From contig OX597814.1 in assembly GCA_951406725.2 (NCBI GenBank), positions 153,822,001 through 153,886,000 on the forward strand: a DNA stretch of 64,000 nucleotides. The letters run 5' to 3'. The stretch is from Octopus vulgaris. Taxonomy: Eukaryota. Made by a program: the position numbers and the translations under genes. A model generated the notes under the pieces. It searched no databases. It saw only the letters and a program-made list of their open reading frames with translations, and was not told the DNA's origin. Every line of letters begins with the position of its first letter. Positions within the stretch are counted from its first letter, which is position 1. Below are positions 26,326 to 36,708 of the stretch, in pieces.

Positions 26326-27795
26326 GTGATACACAAAGGGGTCATACCCAATGACTGGTGTAGCAGTATAATAGTCAACTGCTACAAAGGTAAAGGTGAT
26401 GCCCTAGATACAAATAACTACAGAGGTATCAAGCTGTTGGACCAGGTGATGAAGGTTACGGAGAGGGTCATAGCCCAACTAATTAGAGAGAGAGTTAGTT
26501 TAGATGAGATGCAGTTTGGGTTTGTGCCAGGGAAAAGTACTACTGATGCTATATTCCTGGTAAGGCAGCTGCAGGAGAAATACCTAGCCAAAGATAAACC
26601 CCTGTACCTGGCTTTTGTTGACATGGAGAAAGCCTTCGACAGGGTCCCCCGATCCCTTATCTGGTGGGCAATGAGGAAACTAGGGATAGATGAATGGTTA
26701 GTGAGAGCTGTGCGGGCCATGTATAGGGACGCCGCTAGTAGGGTGAGGGTTGGAAATGTGTACAGTGAAGAATTCCGGGTAGAGGTAGGAGTCCACCAAG
26801 GCTCAGTACTCAGCCACCTCCTATTTATCATAGTCCTCCAGGCAATAACGGAGGAATTCAAGACAGGATGCCCTTGGGAGCTCCTCTATGCTGATGACCT
26901 TGCTCTAATTGCTGAGTCGCTATCAGAACTGGAGGAGAAGTTTCAGGTGTGGAAACAAGGATTAGAATCGAAGGGCCTCAGAGTCAATCTAGCTAAAACC
27001 AAAGTCGTAATCAGTAGGAAGGTAGACAAATCACAAACACCTTCAGGTAGATGGCCCTGCTCGATCTGTAGAAAAGGTGTAGGTAGAAACTCTATAAGAT
27101 GCACCAAGTGTAAGCTATGGACACATAAGAGATGCAGCAATGTCAAAGGAAGGCTAACTAGGAAGATGGTTTTTGTATGTGGCAGATGCTCAGGAACAAT
27201 AAACACTGAAAATGCTCTGAGACCAACTTCCGTCACTTTCCAGGGAGAAAAACTAGAAATAGTTGATAGTTTCCGTTACCTAGGTGACCAAGTCAGCAGC
27301 GGGGGCGGGTGTGCTGAAAGTGTAACTGCTAGAGTAAGAATAGCTTGGGCAAAGTTCAGAGAGCTCTTACCTCTGCTGGTGACAAAAGGCCTCTCGCACA
27401 GAGTGAAAGGCAGACTGTATGATGCGTGTGTACGAACAGCCATGCTACATGGCAGTGAAACATGGGCCGTGACTGCTGAGGATATGTGTAAGCTCGCTAG
27501 AAATGAAGCCAGTATGCTCCGATGGATGTGTAATGCCGGTACTCACACTCTGCCGAGTGTGAGTACCTTGAGAGAAAAGCTGGACCTAAGAAGCATCAGT
27601 TGTGGTGTGCAAGAGAGACGTTTGCGCTGGTATGGTCATGTGGCGAGAATGGATGAAGATAGTTGTGTGAAAAAGTGCCACACCCTAGCGGTTGAGGGAA
27701 CCTGTGGAAGAGGCAGACCCAGGAAAACCTGGGACGAGGTGGTGAAGCACGACCTTCGAACTTTAGGTCTCACTGAGGAAATGACTAGAGACTGA
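26326..27795 (+). CDS. RTE-clade reverse transcriptase (partial ORF) with inserted PHD-type zinc finger
   Basis: NYRGIKLL, QFGFVPGKSTTDAIF, FVDMEKAFD, GVHQGSVLS, YADD, FRYLG and RLRWYGHV motifs. The TGA at 27793 is CGA in copy 2, so the natural stop is at about 27841. Confidence 0.95.
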   Translation: MIHKGVIPNDWCSSIIVNCYKGKGDALDTNNYRGIKLLDQVMKVTERVIAQLIRERVSLDEMQFGFVPGKSTTDAIFLVRQLQEKYLAKDKPLYLAFVDMEKAFDRVPRSLIWWAMRKLGIDEWLVRAVRAMYRDAASRVRVGNVYSEEFRVEVGVHQGSVLSHLLFIIVLQAITEEFKTGCPWELLYADDLALIAESLSELEEKFQVWKQGLESKGLRVNLAKTKVVISRKVDKSQTPSGRWPCSICRKGVGRNSIRCTKCKLWTHKRCSNVKGRLTRKMVFVCGRCSGTINTENALRPTSVTFQGEKLEIVDSFRYLGDQVSSGGGCAESVTARVRIAWAKFRELLPLLVTKGLSHRVKGRLYDACVRTAMLHGSETWAVTAEDMCKLARNEASMLRWMCNAGTHTLPSVSTLREKLDLRSISCGVQERRLRWYGHVARMDEDSCVKKCHTLAVEGTCGRGRPRKTWDEVVKHDLRTLGLTEEMTRD

Positions 27796-28520
27796 GACCT
27801 CTGGAAGTGTGCTGTGCGCGAGAAGACCCGGCAGGACAAGTGAGTCCATAACCCGTGGCCTTCTACATGGGATGGAGCCAGCCTACGTATGCATACCTTC
27901 CCTTCTTGGGACACAAAACTCTACTTGTGAAGACGTGTTGAGGCAAGTGAGGATCAGAATCGAAATCGATCAATGGAAATTGCGGATGTGCTACCAGTGC
28001 CGGTGGCATGTCAAAACTCTGCTTGTGAAGACCCGTTGAGGCAAGTGAGGATCAGAATCGAAATCGATCAATGGAAATCGATCAATGGAAATTGCAGATG
28101 TGTTACCAGTGCCGGTGGCATGTAAGAGAACTTTCCGTTTCGCGACCGTTGCCAGCACCGCCCCGTTTCGTGTCTGTTGCCAGCCTCGCCTGGCCCTCGT
28201 GCCAGTGGCACATAAAAAGCACCATCCGTTCGTGGCCGTTTGCCAGCTCTGTCTGGCACCAGTGCGGGTGGCACGTAAAAAGCACCCACTACACTCACGG
28301 AGTGGTTGGCGTTAGGAAGGGCATCCAGCTGTAGAAACACTGCCAGATTTGACTGGGCCTGATGAAGCCTTCTGGCTTCATAGACCCCAGTAGAACCGTC
28401 CAACCCATGCTAGCATGGAAAACGGACGCTAAACGATGATGATGATGATGATGATGATATATATATATATATATACATGTATATATACATATAAATATAC
28501 ATATAAATATATATATATAT

Positions 28521-28671
28521 ATCAAAAGAAAAACAGGACCCAAAGGATTCTGCAGTACATTGCGTCCTGTTTTTCATTTGATACATATATCCTATCAACT
28601 ATACCACTGGCTGGCATATACAGGTGCTTACAGTTATCAAGTATTCACCCTGAATTTTTTGTACCTAACTC

Positions 28672-28680
<9 letters not shown>
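28521..28680 (+). repeat. Fold-back repeat (Penelope-like pLTR family also at 38182-38390)
   Basis: Hairpin at 28521-28582; 28560-28670 is the reverse complement of about 38182-38292. Confidence 0.7.
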
Positions 28681-28755
<75 letters not shown>

Positions 28756-28762
28756 ATATATA

Positions 28763-29345
28763 TAGTTGAAAAATATCGTTATAGGCATAAATATATCATA
28801 AACAATTATAGAAAAATGGAGGAGAAAAAATATTGAATTAAAATGAGATTTAATGCAAAATAGGATTCAATACATAAGTGTGTTTCAAAGGACAATACAA
28901 ATATGTAAGAAAAATATTATAACCATAGTAATAATAATTAAATTTATGCATTGTCATTTTCATCAGTGTGAGGAATTTTTGTAAGGACATCAAAAAAGGT
29001 TTAATAAAATAAAGTAAATTAAAATAAAATACAATAAGAGAGAATGCAAATGGGGTAATAGGGAAAAAAATCAAATATTTACAAGCAAGTAAAAGGGGAA
29101 AAATAACAGTAATAATAATAGTAAGAGAGATGAAAGGGTAAAAAGACAGACGTATCAATGTCTTTTTTTCCCTTTTGTCTCTCTTACTATGTCCTTTGAA
29201 ACACGCGTAGGTATTGAATCCTATTTTGTATTAAATCCAATTTTGATTCAACATCTTTTTCTCCTCCATTTTTCTGTAATTGTTTATGGTACATTTATAC
29301 CTATAACGATATTTTTCAACTACTATATTCATATTCTTATTACTT
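28763..29345. mobile_element. Penelope-like inverted pLTR pair with hammerhead-like motif
   Basis: ~130-bp inverted arms (28763-28893 / 29189-29322); minus-strand CTGATGA...GAAA at 28966-28883. Confidence 0.65.
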
Positions 29346-29483
29346 GCTCTGGGTGATTTTTATGAATATGGTGAATCTTTATAAGAAATCATTTTTTCTC
29401 TCTTTTTGGACCTCTCAAAAAGTTTGAATTGTTCTCTTTTGAACTTATTTTTTCCCATATATGTGTATGTATATATATATATA

Positions 29484-29514
<31 letters not shown>

Positions 29515-29515
29515 T

Positions 29516-30019
29516 ATTGGTGAGTCGGGCAACATGTCCAGCCCATCTATACTTGCTGCGTGTATACTCTGCGATGACATCTCTCATGCCGGACTTCTTT
29601 CTGATGATCTTGCTGCTTATGTGCTCTTTCAACGAGATACCAAGCATTGACCTTTCCATGGCTCCTTGAGTCGTTACCAGTCTTTGCTCTTCTCTCTGTG
29701 GTAGCCCATGTTTCACTACCATATAACATTGCAGGCAGAACTGCACTGTTAATGAGGTTGGCGCAGGTGATCGTGTCCAACCTTCCCTTGAGCACATCCC
29801 TTATGCCATTGAACGCCTTCCATCCGGCCCTTACGCAGTTGTCGAGTGGAAAAGACCACCCGGAAGACCTCCACGACAGTGGAGTTACGATTTCAGGAGG
29901 ACGATTGGGATCACGTGGATGAGAAAGGCGCGATCCAGAGAGGAGTGGACAGCGTGCTGTGACCAGCGGTGTCAAATGGACGCCTGACGGACTGGTCGGT
30001 CAAGGTGATCAAGGTGATA
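29516..30019 (+). mobile_element. Second RTE family, short 5'-inverted insertion in (TA)n
   Basis: Minus 29516-29835 encodes AGWKAF...VLPAMLYGSETW...RWAGHVARLTN; plus 29836-29990 encodes VVEW.KRPPGRPPRQW...; tail (caaggtgat)2. Confidence 0.88.
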
Positions 30020-30121
30020 TATATGTATATATATAATATATACATATATACATATATGTGTATACATGTATATATATGTATATATATCTATACATACACA
30101 CACACACACACATATATATGT

Positions 30122-30659
30122 ATCATCATCATTGTTGTCGTTTAATGTTCGCTTTCCATGCTAACATGGGTTGACGGTTTGACAGGGCTGGCAAGCCAGA
30201 AGGCCGCATCAGCCTCCAATCTGATCAGGCAACATTTCTACAGCTGCATGCCCTTCCTAACATCAACCACTCCGAGAATGTAGTGGGTGTTTTTTACATG
30301 CCACCAGCACGAGGGCCAGTCAGGCAGTACTGGCATTGACCACACTTGAATGGTGCTTTTTATGTGCCATCGGCATGGGACCAAGCAGCTGGCACTGGCA
30401 TCAACCATGCTTCAATGGAGCTTTTTATGTCCCACCCGCATGGGAGCCAATCCGGTGGTACTCTCATCGGCCACAAGAACGACTTCACTACACACACACA
30501 CACTCACTGGATATCATCATCATCATCATCATCGTTTAGCGTCCGCTTTCCATGCTAGCATGGGTTGGATGGTTCAACTGGGGCCTGGGAAGCCAGAAGG
30601 CTGCACCAGGCCCAGTCTGATCTGGCAATGTTTCTACGGCTGGATGCCCTTCCTAACGC

Positions 30660-30662
<3 letters not shown>
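30122..30662 (-). mobile_element. Two tandem RTE 3'-tail copies (30122-30490, 30513-30662)
   Basis: (CAT)n tails and family motifs. Confidence 0.85.
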
Positions 30663-30730
<68 letters not shown>

Positions 30731-30982
30731 ATGCACACACACATATATATTACACCAGTGATTTGAATTCATTTCAAGGTGACTCTTGGGTGTACAGTAC
30801 TAATGAGCTGAAACAATAGCAAAATATCAATATCCACCATATTTGATGGCCTACAGGGCAATTTGTTTCATCTGGTTTTCAGTTATACAGAGTTTTTTAA
30901 ACACTTGGAGTCTTAAAGGGATTTTTCCAGGACAAAATTCTACAGTTAAGCATAAAAATAAAACACGTACATTATACACACA

Positions 30983-31033
<51 letters not shown>

Positions 31034-31524
31034 ACACATTATAGATTATAGTCTCTTTCTGTGAAAGAACATTTTCTATTCTTCAGAATACATGCCTGTA
31101 GACAGGAAAAGAAGATATTTGCTTTTGATAGACGATAGATAATTTGAACGTTTGTCATTTCAAAGAACACCATATGTGCTGGTAGATTTAATAGCATTCA
31201 GAAAATGAAGGATTTGACAAACAGAAGAAATTTAAGAATAACACTGAAGAAATGACGAAAGAGTGGAAATAAGTTGTTTGTTTTTAAAGAAGAATCAAAT
31301 GCAAATAGGTGTGTTCACAAAGATTTCGAGTGAGGTTCTATCTTAAAAATGGAAGGCCAGATCAGGGATGAGGGGGGGTGTCATATTTGCTTGACCAGGG
31401 GCGGGTGGGATTAAACAACTACAACCATCAACCAAAATAATAAAACAAACAATAGTAAAAGCAATGCCTGATGACCAAGAGATTATGAGAAATACTGTTG
31501 TGTGAGTTTAGTATGATCATAATA

Positions 31525-32076
31525 CAGGGTGGACCAAAATGATCTGACACATTTGGAGGCTTAATAAAAGCACAAAATAAGAAATAATGAAAAGAAAATT
31601 TTTATTTTCTGAATGTACATATAATGCTATTTTATTTAATTAAGTTTTAAAAATTAATCAGCTAAATGCTTCCCATCATTGTCAACACACTGTTGGAGAC
31701 ATTCATGAAAGTTATTGATAACTCTATGGATCATTTCTTCTGGAATGGTGAAATGTGATTTCTTCTTGTGGGGATATTTAAAATCAAAAGTATTCAGTCA
31801 TCGCCCTCGATGTATTGATGAATTAAAATGTGCAATTTGTGTAGAAATAGCAACCATTCCAGAAGAAATGATCCATTGAGTTATCGATAACTTTCATGAA
31901 CATCTCCAACAGTGTGTTGACAATGATGGGAAGCATTTAGCTGATTTAATTTTTAAAACTTCATGAAATAAAATGGCATTATATGTACATTCAGAAAATA
32001 AAATTTTTCTTTTCATTATTTCTTATTTTGTGCTTTTATTAAGCCTCCAAATGTGTCATCATTTTGGTCCACCCTG
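31525..32076. mobile_element. Fold-back MITE built from two 3' ends of a DD41D-type (rosa-like) Tc1/mariner element
   Basis: TA-cagggtggaccaaaatg...cattttggtccaccctg-TA; ~225-bp inverted arms; plus strand encodes CDFFLWGYLKSKVF...GKHLADLIFKT. Confidence 0.9.
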
Positions 32077-33171
32077 TATAAAGCATATATAGCTCAAGCA
32101 TCGGATTCGATGACTTCTCAAGAGATTAAGCTTTTCCGCCCTACACCCACATGTAACAAAAACACCTGCTTCTTATAGCCAGCATCCATCCAAATAAAAT
32201 GAAAATTATAAGAGAAATGATGAACATACTATAATAGCTAAAAGAGATGCACACATACAACACAGCCATACAACACTTGATTTCCTTCTACTTTGTAGCA
32301 ATTTGGGCAAATGTCTTTTTTTTTTTGTCATATCTTCACATCAGCCCAAGACTTGTGAGTAACAATGTTTGTCAGTGGAAACTGGATGGAAGATTGTAGA
32401 GCTTAATCTGCAGCCCAGTTTAACACTGCCACTATACTTTTAGAAATTTCTGTGGGGCCCACCCTGTTGCAAGCACTTGGACCAGGTCACTGTACCGTAA
32501 GGTAGCAACTTACACAAGTCTCCAATGCCATGGAAAAAGTTATAGTCACAGTTCTTCTTTTTGTCTAAACCATAAAAATTCCTACAGACACCATAAAACA
32601 GATAAATAAGGTCTGGAGAAATAAAAACAGAGATATAAGGCTACAAGTAAATTCAAGTACATTACCAAAAGTATACCTATTTATATTAAATATTAGAAAG
32701 GTCTCTGATATAGGAATAAAATACATATACAAAAAATGCAGGTTAAAAACAACCACCTTCACAAATAAATTTTCACTAACAAATGAAAGTAACATAATTA
32801 GAACCTGCTACACACATACTGCTAAATAGATTTACTACACAACCATGCATAAAATATAACAAACATTATACAAAATCAACTACAATGGATCAACAGAAAT
32901 ATGTTCCTAAACTATGAAATAAGCAATTTTGAAAGATAATACCAAGGATAAGCAGATCCTGCAAGAAATTATTTTCACAAAGGTTAAGTCAAATATCAGT
33001 AAACTAATTTACTTAGTTACCAAGACAGTAATGAAGGGAAGCAGGTTTGACCGTAATAGAGTAAACTCTTTAGTCAAGTGACCCAAACAAAACATTAAGA
33101 ATAAAGTATTCAGATATAAAAGACTTATTCTTATCCTGATGGGATTAAGCATAAGAAAGAAAAATACAATT

Positions 33172-33500
33172 CTTCCTATTATAGGCACAAGGTCCGAAAT
33201 TTAGTGGTAGGGGAATTAGTCGATCATATCGACCCCATTATTCAACTGGTACTTAATTTATTGCCCCCGAAAGGATGAAAGGCAAAGTTGACCTCGGTGG
33301 AATTTGAACTCAGAATGCAAAGACTTAAAGGGATTCATTTCAAGGTGACTCTTGGGTGTAGAGTGCTAATGAGCTGAAACAATAGCAAAATATCAATATC
33401 CACCATATTTGATGGCCTACAGGGAAATTCGTTTCATCTGGTTTTCAGTTATACAGAGCATTTCACCCGGCATGCTAAAGATTCTGCCAGCTTGCTGCCA
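33172..33500 (-). mobile_element. SINE family B with a 135-bp internal insertion
   Basis: SINE pieces at 33172-33323 and 33459-33500; the insert matches 30767-30923. Confidence 0.85.
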
Positions 33501-33774
33501 ATGAAAAGAAATGTATATATTAGACATTTTGTGTCAAATCCCCATCCTAAAATAGGGCTCAGATGTGGGTTTCCCTTCAATCCTTCAAGGCTAATTCCTC
33601 TTGAAATGTTTTGTACTTATGATACAGTAAGATCAAAATATTAGATTTGTGCCACTTTTCATTAAAATTCTTGCTTTTGTGTTGATCTTACTCCAGCATT
33701 GTTGCCTGACAAACTACATCATATTTTTCTTCATAAAGAAACTAGCATTGGTCTCAGTTAACTGAATTAATTAA

Positions 33775-33966
33775 CCCTTTCGCATTTTAATCAGCTATAT
33801 CTGGCCCAAATGTTTTATGTTTAAACAAACCAGATCTAGCCTCTCATACCTACTCTACAATGTCATTCTAAAAATAAACACTCACTTCATTGAAATCTCA
33901 AAATTATAAGATAATGCATGTTTAATCCAAATATGAATAAGTAAGCATTACATTTGACAGAGCAAT
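33775..33966. mobile_element. piggyBac-like MITE, truncated (same family as 2747-2958)
   Basis: TTAA-ccctttcgcatt start and internal homology. Confidence 0.75.
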
Positions 33967-34017
33967 GACATATACAGTATCAGAAAAAGTAAACTTATAA
34001 GAGATGTTTCTTTTGGG

Positions 34018-34052
<35 letters not shown>

Positions 34053-34442
34053 TTATTCATTTATTTTTTTGGTAAACTCTTTCATCTTTTTGTCAGACCA
34101 TTGAAACTAATAATTCAAATTTTGAAAATAAATGTTTGAAATAGGCGATATTTTGGCCTCTTGAGACTTGCAGGAGAGTTACTACTAGAAATTCTCTTGA
34201 TACAAAAATACCATCTTAAAAATTTAATAGTGTAAAAAGAATGAAAAAAGAATGAAAAAAGAAAAAAATAAGAAAAAACATTGGTGCTCATGAAAGTAAG
34301 TATAATAAAACAAAGATTGCTACTAACATATGTTTCATCACTGTCAAGTTAATGTGTTAGTGATGACCAATGAATCAGCAATCTCTGCAAGTATAACACA
34401 CATACACACACTCACACAAAAAACCTCAATGATGAAATCATT

Positions 34443-34870
34443 ATCATCATCATCATCATCATCAACATCATCATCATCATTTAATATCTGCCTTCTATGC
34501 TGGTGTGGATTGGATGATTTGACAGATTTTGGCAAACTAGAGGACTCTACCAAGAACCACAGTTTGTTGTGGCATAGTGCTTACATCTGGATACCTGTCC
34601 TAGTACCATCCTTACAGAGTGGACTAGGTGCTTTTTATGTGACATCAGCAACAGCAAGATCTGTTTTGGCATGGTTTTATGGCTGGATGCCCTTCCTACA
34701 CCAACCATTTTACAGAGCAGATTGGCTGCTTTTTGCAGTGCACCAACATCAGCAAGGTCTGCTTTGACATGACTTTTACAGCTGGATGCCCTTCCAAATG
34801 CCAACCACTTTACAAAGTGGATTGGATATTTTTTTTCATGGCACCAGCACTGGCAAGGTCACCAAGTAAC
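34443..34870 (-). mobile_element. Old RTE 3'-tail repeat with ~105-bp internal tandem units
   Basis: Three repeats of (g)ctggatgcccttcc...aaccactttacagag and a (CAT)n tail. Confidence 0.7.
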
Positions 34871-35025
34871 TTACAAAATGATTTGAGAGTGGGGTGGTAT
34901 TGAAGGAAGTGACTTTGTATTAGGTGGTGAGAGATTAGAACATGACCAAAGGACAGAAACAGGTGTCTTACTGTAGAGGAGGCATATTGTTACCTCAGTC
35001 AAAGGGAGAGAAAGAAAGGGAGGTA

Positions 35026-35064
<39 letters not shown>

Positions 35065-35784
35065 TGGCCAGGGCATACTCTCAAGGGGTACAAGGATGTA
35101 AATATAAATGAGATGGTAGAGGATTGCCCAGAGTGTGTGAATTTGTGTGATGTATGAGTGTATGTATGTATCTGTGTATGTGTGAGTTGTCTTTATAGCA
35201 TGTGATACTTGAAAATGGGTGCTACTGTAACACATGCTGTGTTATTTATTTCCAATATTCTGCAAGAACATATCTGGCCATGGGAAAATATTACCTTGCT
35301 TGAAAACTGGTGAGGGTTGGCAATAAGGAGAGCATCCAATTGTAGAAAATCTGCCTTAAATATGGTTCGTCTGACCCATGCAAGCATAGAAAAGTGGACG
35401 TTAAATTAAGATAGATAGATAAATAGATGGATGGATGGATGATAGACCTGTCATTTTAATTAATTTTAATTACCATTTTCTGATGATATCTGAAAAGAAA
35501 CAGCTATTTTAGCAAAACTATTTAAGCAACACTAATAATAAATTAAAATTATGAAAATAAACAAGCTTTTGATGGTCTTATAGATATTTCAAAATTATGA
35601 TGCATTGATGCTAGGTGTTTCCATCATTTTGTCCAAAATATATATATATATATAGAGTCTGACAAGCCATCCATGGAGATAAGCCCTTTGTGGATGTGGA
35701 ACTACATATAAATGCATTACTGCTCTATGCTTTATATGCTTTAGAGTGTGCTTCTTTTCCAGATATATGATACACTAATGCCAT

Positions 35785-36708
35785 ATGTGTGTGTATGAGA
35801 AGAAGTTTCAGGTGTGGAAGCATGGTTTAGAATCGAAGGGCCTTAGAGTTAACCTAGCTAAAACCAAAGTCGTAATAAGTAGGAAGGTAGACAAATCACA
35901 AACACCTTCAGGTAGATGGCCCTGCTCGATCTGTAGAAAAGGTGTAGGTAGAAACTCTATAAGATGCACCAAGTGTAAGCTATGGACACATAAGAGGTGC
36001 AGCAATGTCATAGGAAGGCTAACTAGGAAGATGGTTTTTGTATGTGGCAGATGCTCGAGAGCATTAACCTCTGAAAATCTGCAGAAAACAACTTCCGTCA
36101 CTTTCCAGGGGGAAAAACTAGAAGTAGTTGATAGCTTCTGTTATCTTGGTGACCAAGTCAGTAGTGGGGGTGGGTGTGCTGAAAGTGTAACGGCTAGAGT
36201 AAGAATAGCCTGGGCAAAGTTTAGGGAGCTCTTACCTCTGTTGGTGACTAAAGGCCTCTCGCTCAGAGTAAAAGGCAGACTGTATGATGCATGTGTACGA
36301 ACAGCCATGCTACATGGCAGTGAAACATGGGCCGTGACTGCTGAGGACATGCGTAAGCTCGCGAGAAATGAAGCTAGTATGCTCCGTTGGATGTGTAATG
36401 TCAGTGTTCATAGTCGACAGAGTGTAAGTACCTTGAGAGAAAAGTTGGACCTAAGAGGAATCAGATGTTGTGTGCAAGAGAGACGATTGCGCTGGTATGG
36501 TCATGTGGTGAGAATGGATGAAGATAGGTGTGTGAAAAAGTGCCACACCCTGGCAGTTGAGGGGACCTGTGGAAGAGGTAGACCCAGGAAAACCTGGGTC
36601 GAGGTGGTGAAGCACGACCTTCGAACTCTAGGTCTCACCAAGGAAATGACCAGAGACCGAGACCTATGGAAGTATGCTGTGCGTGAGAAGACCCGGCAAG
36701 ACCAGTGA
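35785..36708 (+). pseudogene. RTE RT C-terminal ORF fragment (PHD-type finger plus thumb)
   Basis: 307-aa ORF closely similar to the C-terminal part of 26326-27795; the ATG comes from flanking sequence. Confidence 0.9.

Larger units (their letters stand above)
25619..28456 (+). mobile_element. 5'-truncated, 5'-inverted RTE LINE inserted in (TA)n
   Basis: Inverted upstream segment at 25619-26286, sense RT segment at 26288-27843, 3' UTR and (GAT)n tail; (TA)n tracts on both sides. Confidence 0.95.
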
